Of a stretch of DNA of 64,000 bases, positions 40,618 to 48,853 are shown one piece after another. How positions within the stretch are numbered: position 1 is the stretch's first letter; every line of letters starts with the position of its first letter. The position numbers and the translations under genes are program-made. Source of the DNA: an uncultured delta proteobacterium (lineage in GTDB: Bacteria > Bdellovibrionota > FAC87 > UBA2466); contig CAVZSV010000004.1 of the NCBI GenBank assembly GCA_963778115.1, forward strand, positions 1,376,001 through 1,440,000. The letters are read 5' to 3'. The notes under the pieces are model-generated. The model saw only the letters and a program-made list of their open reading frames with translations, did no database searches and was not told where the DNA came from.

Positions 40618-41577
40618 CTAGATATCATAAAGAGGCTGTTTTCCCGGAGGTACCGGCACGAATTGCCTTATTTGAGGCACCGGGATTGTTTTTCGTTTTG
40701 CGTCTATTGCCCCTGCTGGGCCATTTCCATTTCGTTCATCTTCTAGCTCTTGGGAAAGTGCATTCCTCGCCTTAACTAAATTGATTAGCATCTCTTCTAA
40801 CGCAGCTGCCGTTTTCCTGACCGCGGGATCGGGATCACTCTTCTTGAGTTTTGCCAATGCCGCTTTGAAAATTACCGAATCTGGATTCACAAGATAGCTA
40901 AAGTCCTCATCATCAGGATCTTGATTTAGCCATTGAGACTTTCTAATTTTTTTCGGAAACTCCATCTTTCCAGCAACCAGCGTTTTCAGCGCCAGCAATC
41001 CACCGTGAGTATTAAATTGCAGGAGTATTGCCCTTCGCAATTTCGCATCAGGCGAAGTCATTAGGAGATCGATAAGATTTTCCGCAAATTCCGTAGCGTT
41101 TGGCGCTCGAATCCCCTTTGTTCCCGACGCCATTACCATACCCGACAGCGCCGCAAGCGCAATGGTTTGGCTCTCGGGGTGGGCGGGGTTCATAAGGATT
41201 GAAGTTAGTTTCTTGATGCCGTTTTGATCGCAATCCACAAACATACCCGCACTCATCGCGAGCGCTTCCGATATAGCAGGCTTACTGAGAAGCGTTCCCC
41301 CTTCTTCTAAACGAGCGAGTATCGATTCCCACGCCTTAAATTCTTCCGGAGTGCACTCTTTAGCAGTAGCTTCCGCTCTGGCGGGAGTCTCTGCGTTTGC
41401 CTCGGTCGTCGACTTGGGCAGTGGAGGAAGACCCACCTTCGCTCGGAGTGCGTTGTGACTGTCGGTTACCGTTGGCTTCATTATGTTATTAGTAGAAACA
41501 GCGTCATCAGCTGTGGTGACACCAGGATGGCAGAGAAGTGCAGCCGCAACGAAAACGTAACTTATGTGTTTTTTCAC
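40618..41577 (-). CDS. Hypothetical secreted helical (HEAT-like) protein
   Basis: Signal peptide; SPDAKLRRA and DPDPAVRKTAA. Confidence 0.6.
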   Translation of the reverse strand: MKKHISYVFVAAALLCHPGVTTADDAVSTNNIMKPTVTDSHNALRAKVGLPPLPKSTTEANAETPARAEATAKECTPEEFKAWESILARLEEGGTLLSKPAISEALAMSAGMFVDCDQNGIKKLTSILMNPAHPESQTIALAALSGMVMASGTKGIRAPNATEFAENLIDLLMTSPDAKLRRAILLQFNTHGGLLALKTLVAGKMEFPKKIRKSQWLNQDPDDEDFSYLVNPDSVIFKAALAKLKKSDPDPAVRKTAAALEEMLINLVKARNALSQELEDERNGNGPAGAIDAKRKTIPVPQIRQFVPVPPGKQPLYDI

Positions 41578-41874
41578 AATTCCCCCGATTTCAGTGGCTT
41601 TAGCTGCAAATTGAATTCCACAGCGAAAAGATTGAGAAATTGCTCAGAGTGAGAACAAAGACACGGCATCTAAAGCTATCGACTTTCCACGAATGACCAA
41701 GAGTTGATCGCCGTAGACAACTAGAATAGTCTAATGGCAATCAAATGAACTCTGAGAAGCGCTACGCAAAGACTTCTTTCTTTCGCATATATGACAAATT
41801 CTCATCGAGAAATGTTTAGCGAATAAGGGGGAACGCATTTAGTCCGAGAAGAAGCCTGGAAATCACTTCGCGAT

Positions 41875-42243
41875 ATGATCATACAAAGAGACAACTATAC
41901 CGGAATCCCGATAAATACTACGCGACTGATTGAAAAAGCTTTTGCTTCGCTTTCCAATCTCGACGAAGAGACTTCGGTTAAGCTGCTCATCTGCCAGGAC
42001 TTTCTAAAAGATCTTACTTCCCATATACCCTTTCCCAGAGATGTCGTGAGTGTTGACGGATCCAAGTGGCTTAAGCACAGAGGCCCTGACTATTTTTGGC
42101 TCGATCCGGATTCCAAAACGCTACCAGGAGTGGCTCGGCGAATTCTGCGAAGCGGGGGAGACGGCAACCTACGTTCTTGCGCCGACAACATTTTATATAA
42201 TTTTAGTGGCAATGAAAAATTGGAAGGTACCGGCAAAAAATAG
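41875..42243 (+). CDS. Hypothetical protein
   Basis: 122 aa ORF with no recognisable motif. Confidence 0.4.
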   Translation: MIIQRDNYTGIPINTTRLIEKAFASLSNLDEETSVKLLICQDFLKDLTSHIPFPRDVVSVDGSKWLKHRGPDYFWLDPDSKTLPGVARRILRSGGDGNLRSCADNILYNFSGNEKLEGTGKK

Positions 42244-42273
42244 AGATCCCCTGTACCTTAGTCTTTGTAGTTC

Positions 42274-45144
42274 TCAAAGAGAACAGCGTCGAAAGGCTTC
42301 CTTTGATTCTTCAAGGTCGGCCTGGAACGAACGCCAATTGAGATTTGCACCGAGCTCGCCGCGAACCTGAAGGGATTGTCCCAGCTCGTGCCAAGCGTTC
42401 TGCTTCCGCGCCCACTGAACACTCTCATCGAGGTAGCGTTTCGCTCGGATAGGACTTCCTAAGTGAGCACTCAAGAGTCCACACTCACGTAAGGCATGCG
42501 GCAGATTATTCGGATAAAGACGTGCCGTCCGGTAGCATGTTTTTACGACTTGCCGCAATTCATCCATCAAACCTGCCGCCAAAGTGGGCTCCCTGATGAT
42601 AACGCTCTCCCAATGCTTTCGGATAGCAGTGGCAAGCCAGGGCCAGAGAGAAAAGACAACCTCTTGGCGAAGGTGCTTCTCTTTTATGATCTTAGCTCCC
42701 AGCCGCAGGGCCTCAATCGCCTTTCCGTAGTCCTGGTTTGCAATGAGAACCCGTCCCTTCGCTTGGTAAAGCACCATCAGTGTCAGCGGAGAGTCTTGCG
42801 TCGCTTTAATCTCATCCTCGATAATGTCGAGGGGGACATGCCCCATACTTGCTTTGGCCCACGCATCCAAACAAAGGCCGATAGTCGGTTGATCGCCCAG
42901 GGCATTGGTGGCTTCATAACCGCACTTCGCCATCTCAACGGCAAGTTTCAGCTGTCCCATTCGATATAGACTCTTCGAGGCAAAAAACCGAGCCACATTG
43001 ACTTGCCACAGATCGCCCGCCTTTTCGAACACCGAAATAGACTCTTGCAAGCGTTCGTTAGCCTGCTGCCAACGAGTGGCACTGTACAACACGATTCCCA
43101 AATAATGCATGCTTTGGGCCTGTCCCCACACGTCCCCATGGGCTTTTCGAATTTCCCAAGATTGCTGGGTGTATTTAATCCCTCGATCGAACATAGGAAT
43201 CATCGTCGTAACTACACCGTGATCGGCATAAAGCTGGGCAAGTGAACTACTGGGCGCATATCTCTCCGCCTCATTGAGCGCTCGAAAATGCACCCAAGCC
43301 GTGGGAATGGCGCTTTGAAACCAGTAAACGTTCGCCAACTTCGAGTAAATTTGAAGGGCGAGTGAGACTCGCCCCCCCTCTGGAATAATCCGTTTCCGCA
43401 AAAATAGCTTTGGAAACCAGGTGTGAAGCATTTGGGTGAATACCTGAAAGACGCAAGCCAAGAAAAAAGTTATTTTCGCCGTTGGGATTCGTCGTCCTAA
43501 ATTTCGTAGAGATTCTTCTAGCGCCGATTTCGCGCCCTGAATATCGCCCTCTTTATGAGCAAGTTCTCCTAATTTTCCGAGTATCTTAGACCGGGACTCG
43601 ACGTCGATCTGGATGGTCATCGCCGCATTAAACTTCTCTCGGGCGGCAAAGTATTTTCCACGGAGCATAAGGACATCGCCCCAACCTTCATAAATTTTCC
43701 GTCTCGTGCTATCACTGGCGGCGTGCGATCCCCGATCAGCCATTGCGTAAAAGCCCTCCGCCACATCGAAAGCATATTGATGGCGAGCCTGTTCAGCGGC
43801 GAGTAACGCATAGGGAAGCCCCTCGACCCATGCCCCTGCCGCATCATAATGATAGGCCAAATCAAACACGGCTCGGTCATTCATCTCTTTTAAGTAATGA
43901 GCGGCATCAAGGTGCAGTTTTTTCTGATCGTCGACAGAGGTCATCTCGAGAAGGGTTTCTCTTAATTTGTCGTGGAAAAATGCGTAGCGAGTATCCGAGA
44001 TCTTGGTAACTATATGGCGCTTGGCGAGCTCATCGAAAGCATGTCTAAATTGATCCAGGTCGCGGAATACTTCATTGTGAGTGAGGTGTCGCACCGCGGT
44101 CAGATCGAACTCTTTCCCGAGTGAAGCCGCGACGGAGAGTATTGCCAAAGTCTTTTCGGGCAGAGATCGCAGCCGGGATCCTAAAAGAGCGGCCGCGCGA
44201 TCGGAGGCCAGATGACTTTCCATCGCCGACGCATCGATCTCCCAGTTCCCTTTGGAGTGGACCAAGGCGCCCGTTTCGATCATCCCCCATAGAAGGCTGG
44301 ACGCCATGAGGGGGTTACCATCGGCCAAACGAACGATCGTAAACATGGCTTCATCGGGAACATTTCCCGCCATACTCTCCACCAGCTGACGAACTTGAGG
44401 TCCGCGAAATGGCCATAACGTAAGAGAGAGCTGTGACCTCGATCGCCTTAAAAGAAAATCCTCCTTCACATCCTCGGATCGGTAGCACGCGACGATCATC
44501 ACGTGACATCCCCAACGTTCCCTCTCTCGAGTTTGAGCCGTCTGCCATTCTTGTAGAAGTTTTAGAGTCGATTCATCGACCCAATGACAGTCGTCCAAGA
44601 GAATCAAAGCCGGTTCGTGTGAACTGCCCAAAGCACTCAAAAAAGCTGCGAGCGCTTTGACAGTACGATTTTCTCCATAGGTCTCCGGCCCCACAGAGAG
44701 AGAAGCCCCGGTATCGAAGAGCCATCCCAACTGAGGCAACGCTTCACACAGCGCGGGAGCGACTTCCTGCAAGCAAACGCGTAGTCGGTTAGACCACTGA
44801 TAGTCTCCTGTACTCTTAGACAGAACGCTAGCCACGAGACTTTCCAAAAGTTGATAAGGGCGATGATTCTTACGAGCGATCGCATTTCCCTGCAGAACGC
44901 GAAAATTCTGTTCGGATGCACGTAAAGAAATCTGTTCGATCAACTTACTTTTTCCAACACCCGACGGCCCTTCAATTAAAACTAGTCCCCCGGCCCCATT
45001 CTTGGTACGACCCAGTTCCGCGTCTAGCGCCTGTAACTCCTTCTCCCGGCCCAAAAACTCGGGCGGTTTGATAAGAGATGGCTCTGAAATCCCTTCAATG
45101 ACGTCGGATTCAAAGATTCTTTTAGCTTGATGAGATGATGGCAT
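42274..45144 (-). CDS. STAND/AAA_16-type ATPase with TPR-like helical repeats
   Basis: FLGREKEL, GPSGVGKS, LILLDDCHWVD, GNPL, FFHDKLRE. Confidence 0.88.
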   Translation of the reverse strand: MPSSHQAKRIFESDVIEGISEPSLIKPPEFLGREKELQALDAELGRTKNGAGGLVLIEGPSGVGKSKLIEQISLRASEQNFRVLQGNAIARKNHRPYQLLESLVASVLSKSTGDYQWSNRLRVCLQEVAPALCEALPQLGWLFDTGASLSVGPETYGENRTVKALAAFLSALGSSHEPALILLDDCHWVDESTLKLLQEWQTAQTRERERWGCHVMIVACYRSEDVKEDFLLRRSRSQLSLTLWPFRGPQVRQLVESMAGNVPDEAMFTIVRLADGNPLMASSLLWGMIETGALVHSKGNWEIDASAMESHLASDRAAALLGSRLRSLPEKTLAILSVAASLGKEFDLTAVRHLTHNEVFRDLDQFRHAFDELAKRHIVTKISDTRYAFFHDKLRETLLEMTSVDDQKKLHLDAAHYLKEMNDRAVFDLAYHYDAAGAWVEGLPYALLAAEQARHQYAFDVAEGFYAMADRGSHAASDSTRRKIYEGWGDVLMLRGKYFAAREKFNAAMTIQIDVESRSKILGKLGELAHKEGDIQGAKSALEESLRNLGRRIPTAKITFFLACVFQVFTQMLHTWFPKLFLRKRIIPEGGRVSLALQIYSKLANVYWFQSAIPTAWVHFRALNEAERYAPSSSLAQLYADHGVVTTMIPMFDRGIKYTQQSWEIRKAHGDVWGQAQSMHYLGIVLYSATRWQQANERLQESISVFEKAGDLWQVNVARFFASKSLYRMGQLKLAVEMAKCGYEATNALGDQPTIGLCLDAWAKASMGHVPLDIIEDEIKATQDSPLTLMVLYQAKGRVLIANQDYGKAIEALRLGAKIIKEKHLRQEVVFSLWPWLATAIRKHWESVIIREPTLAAGLMDELRQVVKTCYRTARLYPNNLPHALRECGLLSAHLGSPIRAKRYLDESVQWARKQNAWHELGQSLQVRGELGANLNWRSFQADLEESKEAFRRCSL

Positions 45145-45219
45145 AGATCGCCATACTCTTCGGCATTCTCGAAGCTAGAGCAAACAACGCAAAGCGCCAT
45201 TATGACTCTTCGACTTTGG

Positions 45220-45286
45220 AGGTGCCCGTCGACTTTTAGGACCTTCTTCACCTCTTAAGGTCCCGAAAGTCGACGGGCACCTTTTT
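45220..45286. repeat. Hairpin element, subtype GTCGAC, copy A
   Basis: AGGTGCCCGTCGACTTTTAGGACCTT...AAGGTCCCGAAAGTCGACGGGCACCTTTTT. Confidence 0.92.
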
Positions 45287-45382
45287 CCCCTAATATCCCC
45301 CCTAGACACCTGTTAAACCAAGTTACGTCACTTGTTTAAGGTTTGTCCGCCCTAATTCGATGAGTCTTTAGGGGGAAAGAAC

Positions 45383-46312
45383 ATGAAGATTATAGTGATC
45401 GCCATTATCGGGTTTATCGGTTTTACGGCGCAGGCCGTACCACTCATTAAAACGTACAAGACCAGGACATATACCATGGCGCGAATGAAGGGATTACGCC
45501 GCACTGCGCGGACCAGAGACTTTATGGACCAAGCGCCGAAGACTTCCTTTACGAGCGTAAATACCCTCATCCCTGGAGCCACCGATATCTCCTACCTCGT
45601 TAGTCTTCCAGAAAACCAGGGCAGCTGCGGTTCTTGTTGGGATTTCTCTCTTACTAAAGCGCTTCGTTCGGCCTTCATGACTCAGGGGCAAGACCCAGGC
45701 GTTCTCGCATTCAATTATCTTTTATACAACTGTGGGAATGGTCCGAGTCAAAACGGTTGCGGAGGAGGCGATTTTGATGCCGCCGGCCAGTTTGAAAATA
45801 ACCAAGGACCCTGGCTCGAATCACAAGACCCGTATCAATCTAGTCGGAACTGCAAAGACTTACCCGCTGTCGCCACAGCGATTTCATACACGATGCTTGG
45901 AAGCACGAATTCTAGTCCCACGTTTAAAGATCTCGCTTATGCGGTAGGCGTGCAATCTCTAATGGTGTCGATCGATACCGCAACGAGCGGCGATTGGTCC
46001 GATTACGACTCCGGTATTTATAATGACTGTGAAGGTGGCCCTAACCAAATCGATCACATGATCGATCTCGTCGGATATAACTGCCAAACCTCCGTGGATG
46101 CCCAGGGCATGTGCGTCTTCGATGATCAGGGTAAGCCGGTTAATGGAGACGGTTATCTGCTCACCGAAAATAATTGGGGCGAGCACTGGGGGACTAAGGC
46201 GGCCAACGGACATGGCGGCTATATGCAGACCCGAATGTATGATTCCAATGGCGACCATTGCAATGCCGTCGCAACCAATGCACTGATCTATACTGTTCCC
46301 CCGCACATGTAG
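45383..46312 (+). CDS. Secreted papain-like cysteine peptidase (C1 family)
   Basis: NQGSCGSCW, GCGGG, IDHMIDLVGY, ENNWG..WG..GY. Confidence 0.9.
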   Translation: MKIIVIAIIGFIGFTAQAVPLIKTYKTRTYTMARMKGLRRTARTRDFMDQAPKTSFTSVNTLIPGATDISYLVSLPENQGSCGSCWDFSLTKALRSAFMTQGQDPGVLAFNYLLYNCGNGPSQNGCGGGDFDAAGQFENNQGPWLESQDPYQSSRNCKDLPAVATAISYTMLGSTNSSPTFKDLAYAVGVQSLMVSIDTATSGDWSDYDSGIYNDCEGGPNQIDHMIDLVGYNCQTSVDAQGMCVFDDQGKPVNGDGYLLTENNWGEHWGTKAANGHGGYMQTRMYDSNGDHCNAVATNALIYTVPPHM

Positions 46313-46339
46313 TTGAAATTCTGGATATCTAATAGCCTC

Positions 46340-46466
46340 AAAAGGTGCCCGTCGACTTTTAGGACCCTGCTTCACCTCTTAGGTCCCGAAAGTCGACGGG
46401 CACCTTTTTTCTTAGGTCCCGAAAGTCGACGGGCACCTTTTTTGCCTTTTTTGGCACCTTTTTTTT
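46340..46466. repeat. Hairpin element, subtype GTCGAC, copy B, with duplicated right arm and stuttered tail
   Basis: Full hairpin at 46340-46410, right arm repeated at 46411-46443, then GCCT6 and GGCACCT8. Confidence 0.92.
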
Positions 46467-46503
46467 CCCTTTTTCCCTTTTCCGTTAGGGTGCGGGAGGT
46501 GGC

Positions 46504-46531
46504 GGCCCAAACGGAGAGTGACACCTTTTTT
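46504..46531. repeat. Half element, subtype GAGAGTG
   Basis: GGCCCAAACGGAGAGTGACACCTTT, 24/25 identical to 47305-47329. Confidence 0.85.
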
Positions 46532-46553
46532 CCTTTTTTAATTGAGCCACAAT

Positions 46554-47234
46554 TCAGAAAGGTGATTTACCCATTAGTCCTGTGAAGAAGGTCGTGAGCT
46601 CCACATCAGTCTTCTCCACCAGGCGTTGAACGTGGTTCAGAAAGAAATGTCCCTCAGCTTTTGCAATTGGATGGGGAAGTGCACTTCTATGGGCGATCGC
46701 GCCCCGCATTTCCATCCAATCGTCTAAGGCATTTGTCGCCTGTTTACATGACATTTTTTTCCAGAACCATTTCGTTTGGATGTCCTTAAGACCGATCAAC
46801 TCTGAAAAGAGTTCCCCTACGTTTTGTGATTTTGGTGTGTGGAATTTGTCGAGTTTATCCTTCATGAAATGGGAGCCCTGTGCTGCGAGAACCGACTTCC
46901 AGCCGTCTCCACCAAGTTTCCAGGCGGTCTCCGGTTTTAAAGCTAAGTCGGAATCACCTTGAACCAGTTTTGCCCAAATGTGGTTTTTCAGCTTTTGCGG
47001 GAGATGGTCAGGGGTAGTTGCGTGCTTTGTTAAGAATGAAAAAGCTTCCGTGAGAACATTTTCGACGTATGACTCCCAGCAAGCAGCAACAAAAACGATT
47101 ACCGCTCGATTCAGAACCTCCAATTCAGACGGCCTTTTCCCTTGCCCTGTTCCACCAATCTTGTTGTGGATCTCCCATAGGACTGTAATGTCTTTTTGCT
47201 GATCATCAAAACTGACGCTAGCTTTACTGGGCAT
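46554..47234 (-). CDS. HEPN-domain protein (RiboL-PSP-HEPN-like), putative ribonuclease
   Basis: LNRAVIVFVAACWESYVE, FHTP, Rx4H motif RGAIAH. Confidence 0.8.
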   Translation of the reverse strand: MPSKASVSFDDQQKDITVLWEIHNKIGGTGQGKRPSELEVLNRAVIVFVAACWESYVENVLTEAFSFLTKHATTPDHLPQKLKNHIWAKLVQGDSDLALKPETAWKLGGDGWKSVLAAQGSHFMKDKLDKFHTPKSQNVGELFSELIGLKDIQTKWFWKKMSCKQATNALDDWMEMRGAIAHRSALPHPIAKAEGHFFLNHVQRLVEKTDVELTTFFTGLMGKSPF

Positions 47235-47244
47235 TTTCCCTCCA

Positions 47245-47330
47245 GAAAAGGTGCCACTCTCCTTTGGAACGGGTCATGAACTTAAAGATGACCCGTACCT
47301 TTTGGGCCCAAATGGAGAGTGACACCTTTC
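47245..47330. repeat. Hairpin element, subtype GAGAGTG, containing a nested second palindrome
   Basis: Outer arms GAAAAGGTGCCACTCTCCTTTGG and CCAAATGGAGAGTGACACCTTTC. Inner ACGGGTCAT-N10-ATGACCCGT followed by ACCTTTT. Confidence 0.85.
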
Positions 47331-47420
47331 ACTACCGCCTAACACTGCGTCAAATACCTGAGGTCACTTATCCGTTCTACATCAATTTACTTCTTTCGAT
47401 TCCCTACATAAAATTTATGA

Positions 47421-48617
47421 ATGGATTTGTCCAGTCGTGAGGTCTCATTCTTAACTTTGATATTCCTTGCCTTAATAATTCCGGATTTTACCATCGTGGC
47501 AGAGCACGTACGCCAGAATCCTCTGGCCGCAAAAAACAACCCCGTAAGTTCCCAAATGTTTCCCGTAACCTTTATTGAACCGCAAAACTATCGGGGAGAT
47601 ATCTTCGTCGCTCCCACGATCGGGTTTGCCAAGGCGGCTCTTTCCGAATGCGGAATCGTTCCGCAGGAAGTAGTCGTCGAGAGCCTCGAAGACTTGGATG
47701 CTAAGCTGCGAAAAGCCAAGATCTCTAAGAATAGTCTTATCGTCATTATCGCTCACGGAGAGCAAGACAACTCCGGAGCTTTTAAAACCTTGCTATTTCG
47801 CTCGGCCGTCCCGGGAGAAAAGTTAATTCTGAAAATACGTGAGGCGGTTGAAAACTCGAAGGCAAACATCTGGTATTCCTCCTGCTATTCCGGAGCCTGC
47901 AAATTATCGGAATGTGTTGGCGTTTCGTGCGGGGCGAACCAAGTCACCTCCGCAACCGCTGAATCATGGGTATATTTGTCGGAGATGATTTGCGATTCGG
48001 TGAACGAGAAATGTACGTTATGGCACAAGTACGACCAGGACGGGAATGGAGTGTTGGAAGGAGCCGAGCTTGAAAACTATCTCCTTCATAATGATTGGCC
48101 AAAGTCCTTCTACGCCTTCGAAGGCCCACACACCTCGAAGGAGGAGAATATAGACCAATTAAAGAAGTTTTGTGAAGAAACCGCGAAAGGGAAATTCATT
48201 AACACCGGCAAGACTGAACAGTTTTGGAGGCTACAATATGTCGGGGCCACAGGGAGAACAATAACCAGAGATTTGCTCATTCCCGACCGGCACGGAAACT
48301 ATGTCCCTCACGGCAATAAAGGGGATGTAGAGAAATTCTTGGACTCGATCGATCCCAATTGGAGAAAAGAATGTTCTGGCATCGTAACCAGACTCACCTA
48401 CGGACTCATTTCTATCCCAGAGAAAAGAAGCCACGACCCGGCGAGCAATTGTAGCCTAGAATCGTGGGATACTTTTCCTGAAGTGACTTGCTTGAACGGA
48501 ACTGGGCTTGTCGGTCTACCCCAATTCGTTGGTCTTAGCCCTAAATTATCTCTCCCCGAAGTAAGAGGTTTCTCACTTCAGTCGCAAACCTGTAGGAAGA
48601 AAAAAGACGGCAATTAA
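47421..48617 (+). CDS. Exported protein, putative clan CD (caspase/legumain fold) peptidase with an EF-hand
   Basis: IVIIAHG ... IWYSSCYSG dyad pattern; DQDGNGVLEGAEL loop. Confidence 0.55.
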   Translation: MDLSSREVSFLTLIFLALIIPDFTIVAEHVRQNPLAAKNNPVSSQMFPVTFIEPQNYRGDIFVAPTIGFAKAALSECGIVPQEVVVESLEDLDAKLRKAKISKNSLIVIIAHGEQDNSGAFKTLLFRSAVPGEKLILKIREAVENSKANIWYSSCYSGACKLSECVGVSCGANQVTSATAESWVYLSEMICDSVNEKCTLWHKYDQDGNGVLEGAELENYLLHNDWPKSFYAFEGPHTSKEENIDQLKKFCEETAKGKFINTGKTEQFWRLQYVGATGRTITRDLLIPDRHGNYVPHGNKGDVEKFLDSIDPNWRKECSGIVTRLTYGLISIPEKRSHDPASNCSLESWDTFPEVTCLNGTGLVGLPQFVGLSPKLSLPEVRGFSLQSQTCRKKKDGN

Positions 48618-48634
48618 GGCAGGAAAGAGTGCAG

Positions 48635-48699
48635 AAAAAGGTGTAAAAAAGGTAGCGAGTGCGTGTTTTCGTTGGGTCAGAGACACCTGGCACCTTTTT
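48635..48699. repeat. Degenerate hairpin element with AAAAAGGT/ACCTTTTT ends
   Basis: AAAAAGGTGT-AAAAAAGGT...GAGACACCTGGCACCTTTTT. Confidence 0.6.
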
Positions 48700-48853
48700 A
48701 GCCCCATGGGATTGCTTCATGTTTTTCTGGAGTTACCCACGCGAATGCATGGGGCACTCCCTTGTGAGGCCATTCGAATAGCCGACCGATACATATTTCC
48801 ACCACACTGCTGCGCTACCCTTAAGCAGCTATTCAATTGAGTGAGGGACGTAA

